From: a virus
Taxonomy: Duplodnaviria; Caudoviricetes
Virus record (IMG/VR): IMGVR_UViG_3300020045_003042
Location: 1-33,334 of that record
DNA length: 33,334 bases
Reading direction: 5' to 3' (one strand)
Shown: in pieces, positions 15,242-24,643 of the stretch
Layout: the number at the start of each line of letters is the position of its first letter
How positions within the stretch are numbered: the stretch's first letter is position 1
Position numbers and translations under genes: made by a program
Notes under the pieces: generated by a model
The model's database searches: none
Seen by the model: the letters and a program-made list of their open reading frames with translations, nothing else
What the model was told of the DNA's origin: nothing

Positions 15242-15450
15242 TGGACAACAGCGCTTGCTACATGGACGGCTTTGGTGATGGCGTTAAGTATGGCCGGAAG
15301 AAGACCATTGACGAGATGGCAGACCGCGAGGCGAAGATCAAGGCGGTAATGGAATATGTGCTTGAAACGCACAACGACGGCAGGCCATGCGGGATATGTG
15401 TCTGCGATATGTGCCAGACCGCCCGTGAGCTCCTGGAGGTGGTGAAATGA
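15241..15450 (+). CDS. hypothetical protein
   Basis: GGAGG RBS; Cys cluster CGICVCDMC. Confidence 0.6.
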   Translation: MDNSACYMDGFGDGVKYGRKKTIDEMADREAKIKAVMEYVLETHNDGRPCGICVCDMCQTARELLEVVK

Positions 15451-15755
15451 TTAATTCCCAACGGATCAAGTGGCTCAAAGTGTGGGCTGAAAAGATTCAG
15501 ACAGCAGATGCCGCGCTTGATTCAATACAAAAATTATTTGATAGCGATTATGAATCGCCAGCGCTTAAACCAATTTGTGAACTTATGTCGGCATTTACTG
15601 ACGCTGTTAGCGAAATTGTGGGCGATGAGTGCGAATGGTTGGACTATTACAGACACGAGTGCCAGCTGGGGGCGCATCCCCTTATGACAAAACACGATGG
15701 GCTTGAAATTAAAATGGATAGCCTCGATGCACTGTTGAACGTGATTTCAAGATGA
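15447..15755 (+). CDS. hypothetical protein
   Basis: GGAGG RBS and ATGA coupling. Confidence 0.7.
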   Translation: MINSQRIKWLKVWAEKIQTADAALDSIQKLFDSDYESPALKPICELMSAFTDAVSEIVGDECEWLDYYRHECQLGAHPLMTKHDGLEIKMDSLDALLNVISR

Positions 15756-15982
15756 AACGTTTCGGCTGGTACAAAAAATGGGTTGACGATCAGCACCCGG
15801 AAATCCCCCACGGGCTGTATTGCCATGGGGAGAACTTTAAGTTCTGCCCTCACTGGAAACTATCACGATGGCATCGGCGGCAGAACAACGGATACTGTAA
15901 ACTGATAAGGCGCGGAGACTGGATGCCTGGACTGTCTCAGCTTTGGGACCAATGCAAAGAATGCGGGATAAACGATGATTAA
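15752..15982 (+). CDS. Cys/Trp-rich hypothetical protein
   Basis: IP.G.YC...CP.W...GYC...LWDQCKECGIN; coupled to neighbours. Confidence 0.7.
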   Translation: MKRFGWYKKWVDDQHPEIPHGLYCHGENFKFCPHWKLSRWHRRQNNGYCKLIRRGDWMPGLSQLWDQCKECGINDD

Positions 15983-16163
15983 CCACGCCCACATCAAGAA
16001 CTATATCAACCAGTACCACGATAGGGGCCAGAAGCCCACCATCCGTCAGGTTGCCGAAGCGTTTGGCATCACACCGGACGAGGTTCGGGGGGCGCTGAAA
16101 CGGATCAGGGACGAGAAGACGCCGGATATTGTCAAGGACATTTTGGGGGTGTTTAGAAAATAA
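15975..16163 (+). CDS. small HTH-like protein
   Basis: PTIRQVAEAFGITPDEVRGALKR resembles a winged HTH. Confidence 0.6.
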   Translation: MINHAHIKNYINQYHDRGQKPTIRQVAEAFGITPDEVRGALKRIRDEKTPDIVKDILGVFRK

Positions 16164-16173
16164 CGGAGGCAGA

Positions 16174-16347
16174 ATGCACATAAAACTTGAAGAAAATAAA
16201 CTTGTTATAATGCACGAAACCGAGTTTGAGGCAGATTGGCTTGATATGTTTTTCAAAGATAGAAACGGAGCCTATAAAAGGCGCACGTGCATTAATACCG
16301 TGGATGTCCATGCTGGATATGAAATATATACAACAAGAGACGAATAG
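16174..16347 (+). CDS. hypothetical protein
   Basis: GGAGG RBS; MHIKLEENK... Confidence 0.55.
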   Translation: MHIKLEENKLVIMHETEFEADWLDMFFKDRNGAYKRRTCINTVDVHAGYEIYTTRDE

Positions 16348-16456
16348 CCAGCTTGCCGCCTACGCGCACCATCCATCTGCGGCGGGGTTAACACCGGATC
16401 GTGGTTAAGGGGAAGGGCTCCTCGGACGCCTCTGGGCGGCAATAATAAAGGAAACT

Positions 16457-16798
16457 ATGGGAGACAATAAATATAAACAGAGACACAAAGAGCTTGGATT
16501 GTGTCGATTTTGTTCAAATCCTGTCTTCCCTGGTGTTGGATTTTGTGTTAAGCACATGAAGACGCATGCCGAGTCAAACAAAAAGCACCACCACGGCAAC
16601 GGCAAGGAACAAAGATTGATGCGCGACAGGCTAAAAATGAAACACAGGATCGAAAACAGACTATGCACCACTTGCGGTTGCCCCCTAACCCCAGAAGACG
16701 CCCCAAAAACATGTATAAACTGTTCCCTTCGTATCAAACCACCCCAAAACAGAAAGGCGGCGCGTATTGAACTTTTTCAAAGTACCACTACCGGCTGA
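16457..16798 (+). CDS. basic double Zn-finger protein
   Basis: CRFC...CVKH and CTTC...CINC; AAGGA RBS. Confidence 0.65.
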   Translation: MGDNKYKQRHKELGLCRFCSNPVFPGVGFCVKHMKTHAESNKKHHHGNGKEQRLMRDRLKMKHRIENRLCTTCGCPLTPEDAPKTCINCSLRIKPPQNRKAARIELFQSTTTG

Positions 16799-17618
16799 TT
16801 GTAATATATTCCTTTGGTCGTGCGACCACGAAGGGAATAGGCTCAGACACCACGATGGATGGGATCAGCTTGTGGAAATGATGCACTCAAAATATGGTGG
16901 GCTAAATCCTAAGCTCAATTTCGGGATTGACCACGGGGATATCATCGACGCTATTTGCTCCGATGACAAAAGGTATGACAACATCACGGTTGAAGGTGAT
17001 CTGTTGGTTCAGATGGATAACGCCATCGCTCACCGGCAGAAGATCAAAAACAAGATCATTGCCATCCTGGATGGCAACCATCCCCGAAAACACTGGCGGT
17101 TCGGGTTTATTACACAGCGCGTTTGCAAAGAGCTTGGGGTTAGATATGGTGACTGGTCGTGTGTTTTTGATTATCGCGATCAAAAAGACGCCGCGATGTT
17201 CAAACACTACACCACCCACGGTAAAGTTTCTATCTCCTCCCGCATTGATGACCCCAAAGACCGCAAAAACGCCGAGCTTAGATCCCTGAAAAGATATCTC
17301 AAAGACAAGGTTGGGGATTGCGTTTTGATGACCATGGGTCACGTTCACAAGCTCAGGGTCTACAATCCCGAACCCGAATTATATGTAACCGTCGGAAAGA
17401 ATATCGAACAGAACTATACAGAAGCCGATCAGACAGCACACTATATTCACCCTTACCAGAGGTGGTATGTTGCCGCCGGGTCGTTTCTTAAGACGCTTGG
17501 GGAAGGCTACGCTGGTTATCCTGAAATAGCCGGGTATGATCCCTTACAGATCGGGTGCGCCGTTGCGTTGATCCGTGGTGGAAAGCTGGCCGGAGTAGAT
17601 GAGATCCACTTCAAGTGA
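16767..17618 (+). CDS. calcineurin-like metallophosphoesterase
   Basis: CDHEG, GDIID, GNH, HG and GHVH metal-binding motifs in the canonical order. Confidence 0.8.
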   Translation: MNFFKVPLPADCNIFLWSCDHEGNRLRHHDGWDQLVEMMHSKYGGLNPKLNFGIDHGDIIDAICSDDKRYDNITVEGDLLVQMDNAIAHRQKIKNKIIAILDGNHPRKHWRFGFITQRVCKELGVRYGDWSCVFDYRDQKDAAMFKHYTTHGKVSISSRIDDPKDRKNAELRSLKRYLKDKVGDCVLMTMGHVHKLRVYNPEPELYVTVGKNIEQNYTEADQTAHYIHPYQRWYVAAGSFLKTLGEGYAGYPEIAGYDPLQIGCAVALIRGGKLAGVDEIHFK

Positions 17619-17624
17619 AACAAA

Positions 17625-17660
17625 AGCCCCCTTTGCCGGAAGCATCGGGGGCCACTTTTT
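17625..17660. terminator. probable terminator between convergent units
   Basis: GCCCCC...GGGGGC stem with an A run before it and a T run after it. Confidence 0.5.
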
Positions 17661-17967
17661 AGGAAAGCTCGATTGTAACGTATGCCCCAGCCGTGATGGT
17701 GCACTCCGAATAGTCAATACACGGGGACTTCATCCCACCAGTAAAAACCTTGTTTCTCCCCTCTGTGTCAGTCGCAAGCAGCGTCACAAGCTTGGGCCCG
17801 GAGATGCTACCGTCCCGGATTATAAGCTTGTCGTTTGCGGCTCCAGGCATAAAGAAAATAGATGCGATCTTTACGGGGTTTGCTGAAATCTGGGACCATA
17901 CCACGTCCGAAGAATCTGCAAAATCAATCGTCATTGTCGAACCATACTGTGTTACAGTTTGTGCCAT
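17659..17967 (-). CDS. hypothetical virion-associated protein
   Basis: AGGAG RBS; beta-rich 102 aa; last gene of the late operon. Confidence 0.65.
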   Translation of the reverse strand: MAQTVTQYGSTMTIDFADSSDVVWSQISANPVKIASIFFMPGAANDKLIIRDGSISGPKLVTLLATDTEGRNKVFTGGMKSPCIDYSECTITAGAYVTIELS

Positions 17968-17981
17968 TTTAAAATCTCCTG

Positions 17982-19694
17982 TTAGTTTAAAGAAAGCCCA
18001 AGGCCAAGGTGCATAGGCCCGATTATTCCGCCTGATACCACTGGGGGTATATATACATCCACCGCCCCAATATCCACCCCGCCATAACCCGCTCCGGCGA
18101 GGGCTGCGTTTGTGGGGGCGAACCCGGCGCGGACGTAGGCGATAAGGTCGGCCACGGTTAGCGTTGTCGGCGTGTCGCTCTGCGTCATAGTGGTAGAGTT
18201 AAACCCATTCCGCTTAAGTAAATACTCGGTGGTTTCTGTGTCCGTGGTATGCCCGTTCCAGTTCAAGACGCTTCTAGTTGGGTCAACGAAGTTGGGGTCC
18301 ACCGATAAATCATATTGTGATCCATCGGTGATAACCACGTTTCTATATTTCAGGGTCGTGTTGTAGACATTATTATACCCAGCAAAAGCGAATACCTGGT
18401 CATCGCCCTCCCCGTTGTCGTCAAGGAAATAGTTAGACATTCCCCCATACGCGCCGTGGATATTGTTGCGGAGAATCAAGGTCCCGCTGGTTCCGCCGTT
18501 TTCAGACAACCAGAAGCAAGTGGGTTGGACATAAGAATCAAACTGTGTATTGACCATCGTACAGTTGGTCACCGTGCAATTCCACGTTACCTCGCCCGCG
18601 AACCCGATAGCGTTAGCAGCCCCGAAGAAAAGGACATGGTCCACTGTAATTTCAGACGGGATAATCATTTGACCGCCATCTGATCCGTCTGCACCGTACA
18701 TTTCGTAAACGCTATTTTGCCATGTTGGGGAGCCCGACCCCCCTGAAACGTGGGCGTTTATAACCCTCCGTGGCACATACACATAATTTCCGTCCATCGT
18801 TGACCCAGCAACGCTCAAAGAAAGAGGCGTTACCCCACCTGCGTCTCCGTCTGTTGTCTGGTCATTCCAAGAAAGAAAAACGTCCTTTACCTTGGTTGGC
18901 CCAGCCATAACATAAGAACCATACCCCACAAGCACACTTCCGGTAAGATCAAGGGCTGCGGATGCCCGGTTATTTGCTACTTTATTAAACCCGGTTGTGC
19001 TCCGCTTAAACGTGCTGTATTTGCAGGAAATGACACTGCTTGCATCGGATAGCCCCGCAAACGTAACATCCCCGCAATCCCGGAAATCACAATAATCAGC
19101 TATAGTCGGCGTTACAGCAAGAGTGCTTCCACCCGTCCCAATATTTACGGCGGTGTTGCCAACAAAAGCACAGTGGGACACGTCGACGTAGGACGTAACC
19201 GCCCCACTTGCTCCTTTTGCCGGGAACCGAACTGTTCCAGTGTTTTGCCATGAAACATAGTGGACCTGAATGTTCTGTTTTGGGGAGGTGTACACGGCAC
19301 CCAATACAGTGCTTGCCGTGCCAATTACTTTAGCCCAATTCGTTGATGTCGCGTTTGAAGCAAGGATACAGTTATTGACGACCATCCCGAAGGCTCCATA
19401 ATCCAGAGTAGCACCAGCCCCGAAGGAAAACTTACCATCCTTGGCCGAACCGTTACCGAGCGTCAGAATCCCGCCGAGGGTTGTGGTTACGCCGGTCGCC
19501 TGGACGACTCCATAAACATCATCTTCGATCGTCATGGCTGGGATGGTGGTAGACGTATCAAGGACGAGCGCCCCGGTGATTGTCGCCGGAACGGTAAGGG
19601 TGTCCGTCCCCGGAACGAACGTGGATGGATCAACCCCGCCCCAGGTAGCCGAGGCTGAATAGTTCCCCGCCGTGGTCATTGTGTAGGCTGTCAT
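17982..19694 (-). CDS. putative beta-helix tailspike / receptor-binding protein
   Basis: 570 aa, rich in G/T/S/V/N; VTNCTMVN, LRNNI, YNNVY, DPNFVD and DIGAV motifs typical of pectin-lyase-like folds; AAGGAG RBS. Confidence 0.6.
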   Translation of the reverse strand: MTAYTMTTAGNYSASATWGGVDPSTFVPGTDTLTVPATITGALVLDTSTTIPAMTIEDDVYGVVQATGVTTTLGGILTLGNGSAKDGKFSFGAGATLDYGAFGMVVNNCILASNATSTNWAKVIGTASTVLGAVYTSPKQNIQVHYVSWQNTGTVRFPAKGASGAVTSYVDVSHCAFVGNTAVNIGTGGSTLAVTPTIADYCDFRDCGDVTFAGLSDASSVISCKYSTFKRSTTGFNKVANNRASAALDLTGSVLVGYGSYVMAGPTKVKDVFLSWNDQTTDGDAGGVTPLSLSVAGSTMDGNYVYVPRRVINAHVSGGSGSPTWQNSVYEMYGADGSDGGQMIIPSEITVDHVLFFGAANAIGFAGEVTWNCTVTNCTMVNTQFDSYVQPTCFWLSENGGTSGTLILRNNIHGAYGGMSNYFLDDNGEGDDQVFAFAGYNNVYNTTLKYRNVVITDGSQYDLSVDPNFVDPTRSVLNWNGHTTDTETTEYLLKRNGFNSTTMTQSDTPTTLTVADLIAYVRAGFAPTNAALAGAGYGGVDIGAVDVYIPPVVSGGIIGPMHLGLGLSLN

Positions 19695-19957
19695 TTAGAT
19701 AGCTCCTTAAATCCGAATTGTTTCATTATCTTTTCGATTGAACTTATCGCTGTGAAACACTTTAATTTCCCATCGTATGAATCAAGCCATGTGTGCATTT
19801 CCATCTTGAACTTTCTTTTTTCATCAAGGGTCATGGGTAAAATCATAAACCCCTTGATTTCTCCATCTGATACAGTCCACTGTGCTGCATATCGATTGTC
19901 TTCCGAATCGGGGTGGTATCTATAGAGTTCGCCGCAAACAGGCTCTTTGACTATCAT
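19691..19957 (-). CDS. hypothetical protein
   Basis: ATGA overlaps at both ends; MIVKEPVC... Confidence 0.6.
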   Translation of the reverse strand: MIVKEPVCGELYRYHPDSEDNRYAAQWTVSDGEIKGFMILPMTLDEKRKFKMEMHTWLDSYDGKLKCFTAISSIEKIMKQFGFKELSK

Positions 19958-20511
19958 GCAATAAACCCCAGAAGCGCCCCATAAACCGCCCCGTAGATTA
20001 TCTCCCCGAGCCCCCACTTGTTTGTCCAGTGCTGTTCGGGGAGCCAGTGCGACAAAGCATAACAGGCTGGCATCAACACCCCAGCCAATACACCCGCATA
20101 GGGGTTGTCAAGATAAACAAAGACAGGCACCCACCAAACAAGCCCACGGATAGCCAGCGCTACAACAGAATAGGCATACCAGCGCCTATTTTCGTCATAG
20201 AGCGCATCTGCCAGCCAGTGTATACCCAACTCCACATGGCCCTTAACGGTGCGCTTGTCTTGGATCTCATAAGCGATAGAGCCCACCCACTTCCCCCACG
20301 CGAAACTCTCACCGAGCAAATAGAGCCCGAGGCATAGCGGAATGGCAATATACCACGGTTTCCCCGAATAAACAGCGATGGCCCCGATAATCAAGCCGGA
20401 AACAACCTTGGCAATCCTGTCATTATTCGGATTTTTCCACCCGAAAAGGTAGCCCCCACCCCGCACTCTATTTAATATAGCAAAGATTGTGCCAAAAATC
20501 AATATGCTCAC
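19954..20511 (-). CDS. multi-pass membrane protein
   Basis: Several hydrophobic Trp/Gly-rich segments; GTG start just after the lysozyme stop codon. Confidence 0.7.
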   Translation of the reverse strand: MSILIFGTIFAILNRVRGGGYLFGWKNPNNDRIAKVVSGLIIGAIAVYSGKPWYIAIPLCLGLYLLGESFAWGKWVGSIAYEIQDKRTVKGHVELGIHWLADALYDENRRWYAYSVVALAIRGLVWWVPVFVYLDNPYAGVLAGVLMPACYALSHWLPEQHWTNKWGLGEIIYGAVYGALLGFIA

Positions 20512-20513
20512 AA

Positions 20514-20960
20514 TTAGCCCCTTATGTGTTTTGCCTCTTCCGTTCTTCTTGCCACAAGCCCCGGAAGAATTTTCCCTCCGCCCCTGGTCCACTTCATAAG
20601 CTCATCGGCTGCCGATTCCCAATCCCCAATATTTATAAACCTCCGTAACGTTGAGGTTTGCAGTCTCCCGCCGCCCAGGTTATACACAAAATCACAGATT
20701 GCATTTAATTTCAGCTCATATTGCACAAGTATCGGGCACAGCCTCACCACACATGGCAGGCACACGCTGCGGAGTTCGTTCAAAAGCATGGCCCTTGCTA
20801 TAGATTCGGTTATGGGTGCATCTTGCATCGTAATCCGCCGCCCGTCTGCATAATATGTGCTCCCATAGCCTATGGTTGGCACCCCGGCTGGACAAAGATA
20901 GGGCTTGGGCCGGAACCCCTCAAAGCGCATACATAAATCTGTAGCAAGATCAAGATTCAA
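20514..20960 (-). CDS. endolysin, GH24 phage lysozyme
   Basis: FEGF..KPYLCPAGVPTIGYG, FVYNLG and LPGLVARR..E motifs. Confidence 0.93.
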   Translation of the reverse strand: MNLDLATDLCMRFEGFRPKPYLCPAGVPTIGYGSTYYADGRRITMQDAPITESIARAMLLNELRSVCLPCVVRLCPILVQYELKLNAICDFVYNLGGGRLQTSTLRRFINIGDWESAADELMKWTRGGGKILPGLVARRTEEAKHIRG

Positions 20961-21454
20961 GCGAGGCCCCGTTTAGCAAGGGTTCTATCCATGATCCAGT
21001 AGTTAATCACTCCGCACAACAGCGCCATATCATCCGGAACCCATATAATACCGGCAACGGCAGCCATGTCATGCCCCTGAACCCAAGCAAGATATGCCAT
21101 CACAAACTTAGCCGTCCCATAAAGCGCAAGCAGATAATAGGTCATAAATGGCCTGACGCTGGCCGAAAGACCAGCTAAGAACTTTCCCGCGCTCTTGACC
21201 ATTTCGGACTGCTGGTCTATTGCGGCTTTGAACGCTGAAATTACCCCCGAATCGATATCGGCCTGATGCTGCGCTCCAATCTCGTCAAGCTTGATCTGTC
21301 CCCGTGTCTTTTCAAGATCGACTTGAGCGTTAAACATCGACAATTCGTGTGATCGCTCATTCTTTTTGTCAACGATCTTTAGGATTTCAGGGATTACCCT
21401 AAAAATCCCGCCTAACAGCGTCCCTAATATACCGCTTCCCAAAAACTCAAGCAT
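20957..21454 (-). CDS. putative holin (3-TM GTA-holin-like)
   Basis: N-terminal hydrophobic helix, ERSHEL, ASVRP and two C-terminal TM segments; adjacent to the lysozyme. Confidence 0.65.
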   Translation of the reverse strand: MLEFLGSGILGTLLGGIFRVIPEILKIVDKKNERSHELSMFNAQVDLEKTRGQIKLDEIGAQHQADIDSGVISAFKAAIDQQSEMVKSAGKFLAGLSASVRPFMTYYLLALYGTAKFVMAYLAWVQGHDMAAVAGIIWVPDDMALLCGVINYWIMDRTLAKRGLA

Positions 21455-21466
21455 ACATCCTCCCAG

Positions 21467-21664
21467 CTATTTTTTCAGAGCAAGTTCCATCTTTGTTTCT
21501 ATTACCGACATCCGGGCGTTTATTGCAGCGAGATTACCCAATATGGCCATTGAAACCGCGAACGTAGCGACACACAACCCGCCAATTAGCCACTTGAAAC
21601 TTGACAGGCTTTGGATAACGCCGCTGTGCTGTAAACACACAGATTCTTGTTTGTCTGGCACCAC
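21467..21664 (-). CDS. small TM protein (possible holin or antiholin)
   Basis: One TM segment and a coiled-coil tail; GGGAG RBS before a GTG; start uncertain. Confidence 0.5.
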   Translation of the reverse strand: MVPDKQESVCLQHSGVIQSLSSFKWLIGGLCVATFAVSMAILGNLAAINARMSVIETKMELALKK

Positions 21665-21677
21665 GGCTCCCCCCCGG

Positions 21678-21845
21678 CTACGGTCTTTTAAGCGGGTGAA
21701 TGTTAATATCTTGGCCACGTCCGGTTGTCCTCCGAATCTCTATTAGTATCCGCTCTGAATCCTCTATAGACCCAATAAAGCAATCAGGGGCCATCGACTT
21801 TAAATCTCTCAACAAATCAATAATTTTAGTGATATCTTCATACAA
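21678..21845 (-). CDS. small hypothetical protein (55 aa)
   Basis: GAGG RBS before a TTG; MYEDITKIIDLLRDLK...; fills an otherwise empty gap. Confidence 0.4.
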   Translation of the reverse strand: MYEDITKIIDLLRDLKSMAPDCFIGSIEDSERILIEIRRTTGRGQDINIHPLKRP

Positions 21846-22134
21846 GGAGACCTCTCATTTCTTCACGGAGCGTTGCAACCTCAGCATTTATGCTCTCCAA
21901 ATAAGCAAGATCGCCCTCCGCAAGTGGTCTAATTCGTTTCAAATCGAGCCCGTACAGCTCCGCCTTTATTTCACGGATACGCCTTGCTTTTATGATCTCT
22001 GCTGACTGCGCTGGGTTGGGCTTTATCTCAAAAAGCCCATTCCCAAGATGCTGAATAAACGCCCCGTTTGCGTTACACCAGTCAGATGCTTTTGCATATC
22101 CTGGCTGTTCGTCGGTGATAACCAATCCAATCAT
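21838..22134 (-). CDS. putative tail fiber assembly / chaperone protein
   Basis: Directly after the tail fiber; A.WCN.N and L..LDLK.IRPL motifs with a C-terminal helix. Confidence 0.6.
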   Translation of the reverse strand: MIGLVITDEQPGYAKASDWCNANGAFIQHLGNGLFEIKPNPAQSAEIIKARRIREIKAELYGLDLKRIRPLAEGDLAYLESINAEVATLREEMRGLLV

Positions 22135-22144
22135 ATCCCCCCCA

Positions 22145-23227
22145 TTAAACGCTTAAGTAATATCCGCACGCAGACCAATAAATCAGGCCGGTATATGCCC
22201 CACCGCTGGTTAGGTTGTGGGCTGCGATAAAGTTTGTGGCAGTTACACCCCCCACCCCAGGAATTTCATGATACTCAGTTGCGGACTTATCCACCGTCAG
22301 ATGCACAGTGGGAGGCCCTGCAAGAAACGCCACCGGAAATGTGATGGTTGTGTCTGTGGCATACGTTCCCTTCCCGCCCTGTTCAATCCACCCATCTGTA
22401 TATTTGCGATACCAAGACGTTGAAGACGAATATGTCTCAGTTATAACCCGGCTTCCCTTCGGCGCGAACCCGTGCTTCGAAGTCGAAACGTCCAACGTCG
22501 CAACATCGGCTAAAACAATTTCTCCCTCTGTAACAGTGGGCTTTTTTTGCGTCCCGTCCGAACTAAAGAAGTGTGTTGCGTCTGCGTCAAGCTTAGGCAA
22601 GAACCCATGTTTGGTTGAACTAACATTGTTAGTGGTGTTGTCGGAAAGCAGAATGTCTTTTTCTGTAACTGTCTGTTTCGACTTGATATAAAACGCGCTT
22701 TTCGACGCTACATAAACCGTACTAATCACAGAATCGAGCGCTATTTCCCCGGCAATCAACGCATTACCTGTGGCTGAAACCATCGATACCGGCCCCGGCC
22801 CAGCATCCAGAGTTGTGGCCCCTGTGTTTGCGTGTGAGGCCAAAAATTCCACCATGAACCCGTCCGCATAAGCGACAAGGACCGGCGTTACAGCTACAAC
22901 ATACGAGTTCCCTGATCCCGTTTCTGTGTACCAGTCAGAGGTATCCGTAGTGCTTTGCCACGGGAGAATGTCATCCGTCTCATCAATCAACACATCGGCG
23001 CTGTCTTTCAACACAAATTTAGCCGGTTCGGTGATGAATATTTCGGCCTCTCCAATTGAATCTAAGATAATCGGGTTCGTGTGTGGAGTTGTCGCGCCCT
23101 CATCTTGATATGTGGTTAGTGCCGTCGAAACAGTCCCGGCCTTATAGGTGTAAAGTTTACCACCATTCAATGGAATCCCCGCCGTGGTGAACGCTTTGTA
23201 AAGTGGAAATGTAGCTCTTCCAGCCAT
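22145..23227 (-). CDS. tail fiber protein
   Basis: N-terminal GKLYTYKAGT...TNPIILDS virion anchor; C-terminal WYRKY.DGWIEQGG...ITFPVAF fiber tip domain. Confidence 0.85.
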   Translation of the reverse strand: MAGRATFPLYKAFTTAGIPLNGGKLYTYKAGTVSTALTTYQDEGATTPHTNPIILDSIGEAEIFITEPAKFVLKDSADVLIDETDDILPWQSTTDTSDWYTETGSGNSYVVAVTPVLVAYADGFMVEFLASHANTGATTLDAGPGPVSMVSATGNALIAGEIALDSVISTVYVASKSAFYIKSKQTVTEKDILLSDNTTNNVSSTKHGFLPKLDADATHFFSSDGTQKKPTVTEGEIVLADVATLDVSTSKHGFAPKGSRVITETYSSSTSWYRKYTDGWIEQGGKGTYATDTTITFPVAFLAGPPTVHLTVDKSATEYHEIPGVGGVTATNFIAAHNLTSGGAYTGLIYWSACGYYLSV

Positions 23228-23230
23228 TGT

Positions 23231-24643
23231 TTATTCTCCAGTATTGAGCGCATTAACCGAAGCGCTGGCGGCAAAGGGTGAAACATTGCGGAGGGCGTTT
23301 CCGCCAAGATATAACGACCCGGCCCCAAGCTCTTTCCCCCGAGCGGCATTAAGCAAAATAGCAAGCCGAGCCTTAATCGCTGGTGTATCTATTAGTTTAG
23401 CTGCGGTTGTTGCCGCCGCGCCTATGGCATTGCCCGACAAAGCTTTCCCCGCAACTGGCGCCGTTTGCATCCCGAGCCCGACAATATCCCGGTTCTGAAT
23501 CCTACCGATGGCCCTATTATATGGATCAAGGAAACTCAAAAGCCGCCCCTCTTCCATATTTAGCCCTTTTATCTCAGGGTAAAGCGTTTCCAACTCTTGT
23601 TTTAATCCACTTGCTACGGCCTTTTTGCCCTGAATGTAGGCCCCAACAGCGTCCGGCATTCCATAATAATCCTGGTATACCTTGTAAATGTGTTGTTTCA
23701 TCTTTTGGGCCGAGTCGGTTGGAATGTCTCCACCACCGGCCATAAACTCATCTTTTACACGCTTAACAGCCTCTCCGAAGGCCGGATCAACCCGCTTTAT
23801 TTCGTCTCCCTTTGAGATAAGCGCATCAAGCCGAGTGGCCACGTCAGGGGCGCTAATTGTACCCCCCTGTTTTGCGCTTGTCTGTATAATGTCCGATATT
23901 TCAGAGTTCAAGGAGTCTATCTTGTTCATAATGTCAGAATGGCCCTTCATCCCGAGCCATTTATCTACAATACCCACATCAGCTTTAGGGACGGCCCTTT
24001 CTGACAATCCCGTGGATATTGCCGATGCCCTTTCTGCTGGGCTCATGGTTGTTGGCAATTTCAGCGCCGACGCATACATTTTTTCAGGTACTGCTTTCGG
24101 TATAGCTTTCCCGGCCACATCTACTGCAGCACCGACTATTTTTTTCAGTGGGGCAACAACCGGGGCCACCATAACAATATTCCCCGCGCTCTCAACCGGG
24201 AGGCGGACATCTTCCGGGATCTTGTTGTACTGCTCACCAACCCACTTGGCTCCGCGCCCTATGTTTTGGGCCGTCTTTGTCCCGGCTGCATAATTAAGAG
24301 CGTTTGAAAATCCCTCTTTCGCATAGTCTGGGGCGATGGCGTTATACAGTCCAGAAGCACCGGCCCCGATAACCTCCCCAGCCACATCCCCGGCGAACCC
24401 GGCAGCCTGCCCGACGCCCTCGAACAGCGTTTGCGGGGTTTCGATGGCTCGCCCAAGCATAGTGCCGCCCGACCTCTTTTCTCTGCTCTGCTCAACCCTG
24501 GCTGTGCGCTCTGCGTATTTCTGCTTTAATCGGTCAATGGCCGTGGTTTCTTGTTTGGGCTGTTCAACCGGCGTTGCTGTTGCTAAATCGAAAACCCCGC
24601 CCCCGGTCGCATCCGGCTGTGCTGTGCTAAGATCGAAGGCCAT
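23231..24643 (-). CDS. putative internal virion / DNA ejection protein
   Basis: 470 aa, A/G-rich and helical; position between tail hub and fiber genes. Confidence 0.6.
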   Translation of the reverse strand: MAFDLSTAQPDATGGGVFDLATATPVEQPKQETTAIDRLKQKYAERTARVEQSREKRSGGTMLGRAIETPQTLFEGVGQAAGFAGDVAGEVIGAGASGLYNAIAPDYAKEGFSNALNYAAGTKTAQNIGRGAKWVGEQYNKIPEDVRLPVESAGNIVMVAPVVAPLKKIVGAAVDVAGKAIPKAVPEKMYASALKLPTTMSPAERASAISTGLSERAVPKADVGIVDKWLGMKGHSDIMNKIDSLNSEISDIIQTSAKQGGTISAPDVATRLDALISKGDEIKRVDPAFGEAVKRVKDEFMAGGGDIPTDSAQKMKQHIYKVYQDYYGMPDAVGAYIQGKKAVASGLKQELETLYPEIKGLNMEEGRLLSFLDPYNRAIGRIQNRDIVGLGMQTAPVAGKALSGNAIGAAATTAAKLIDTPAIKARLAILLNAARGKELGAGSLYLGGNALRNVSPFAASASVNALNTGE

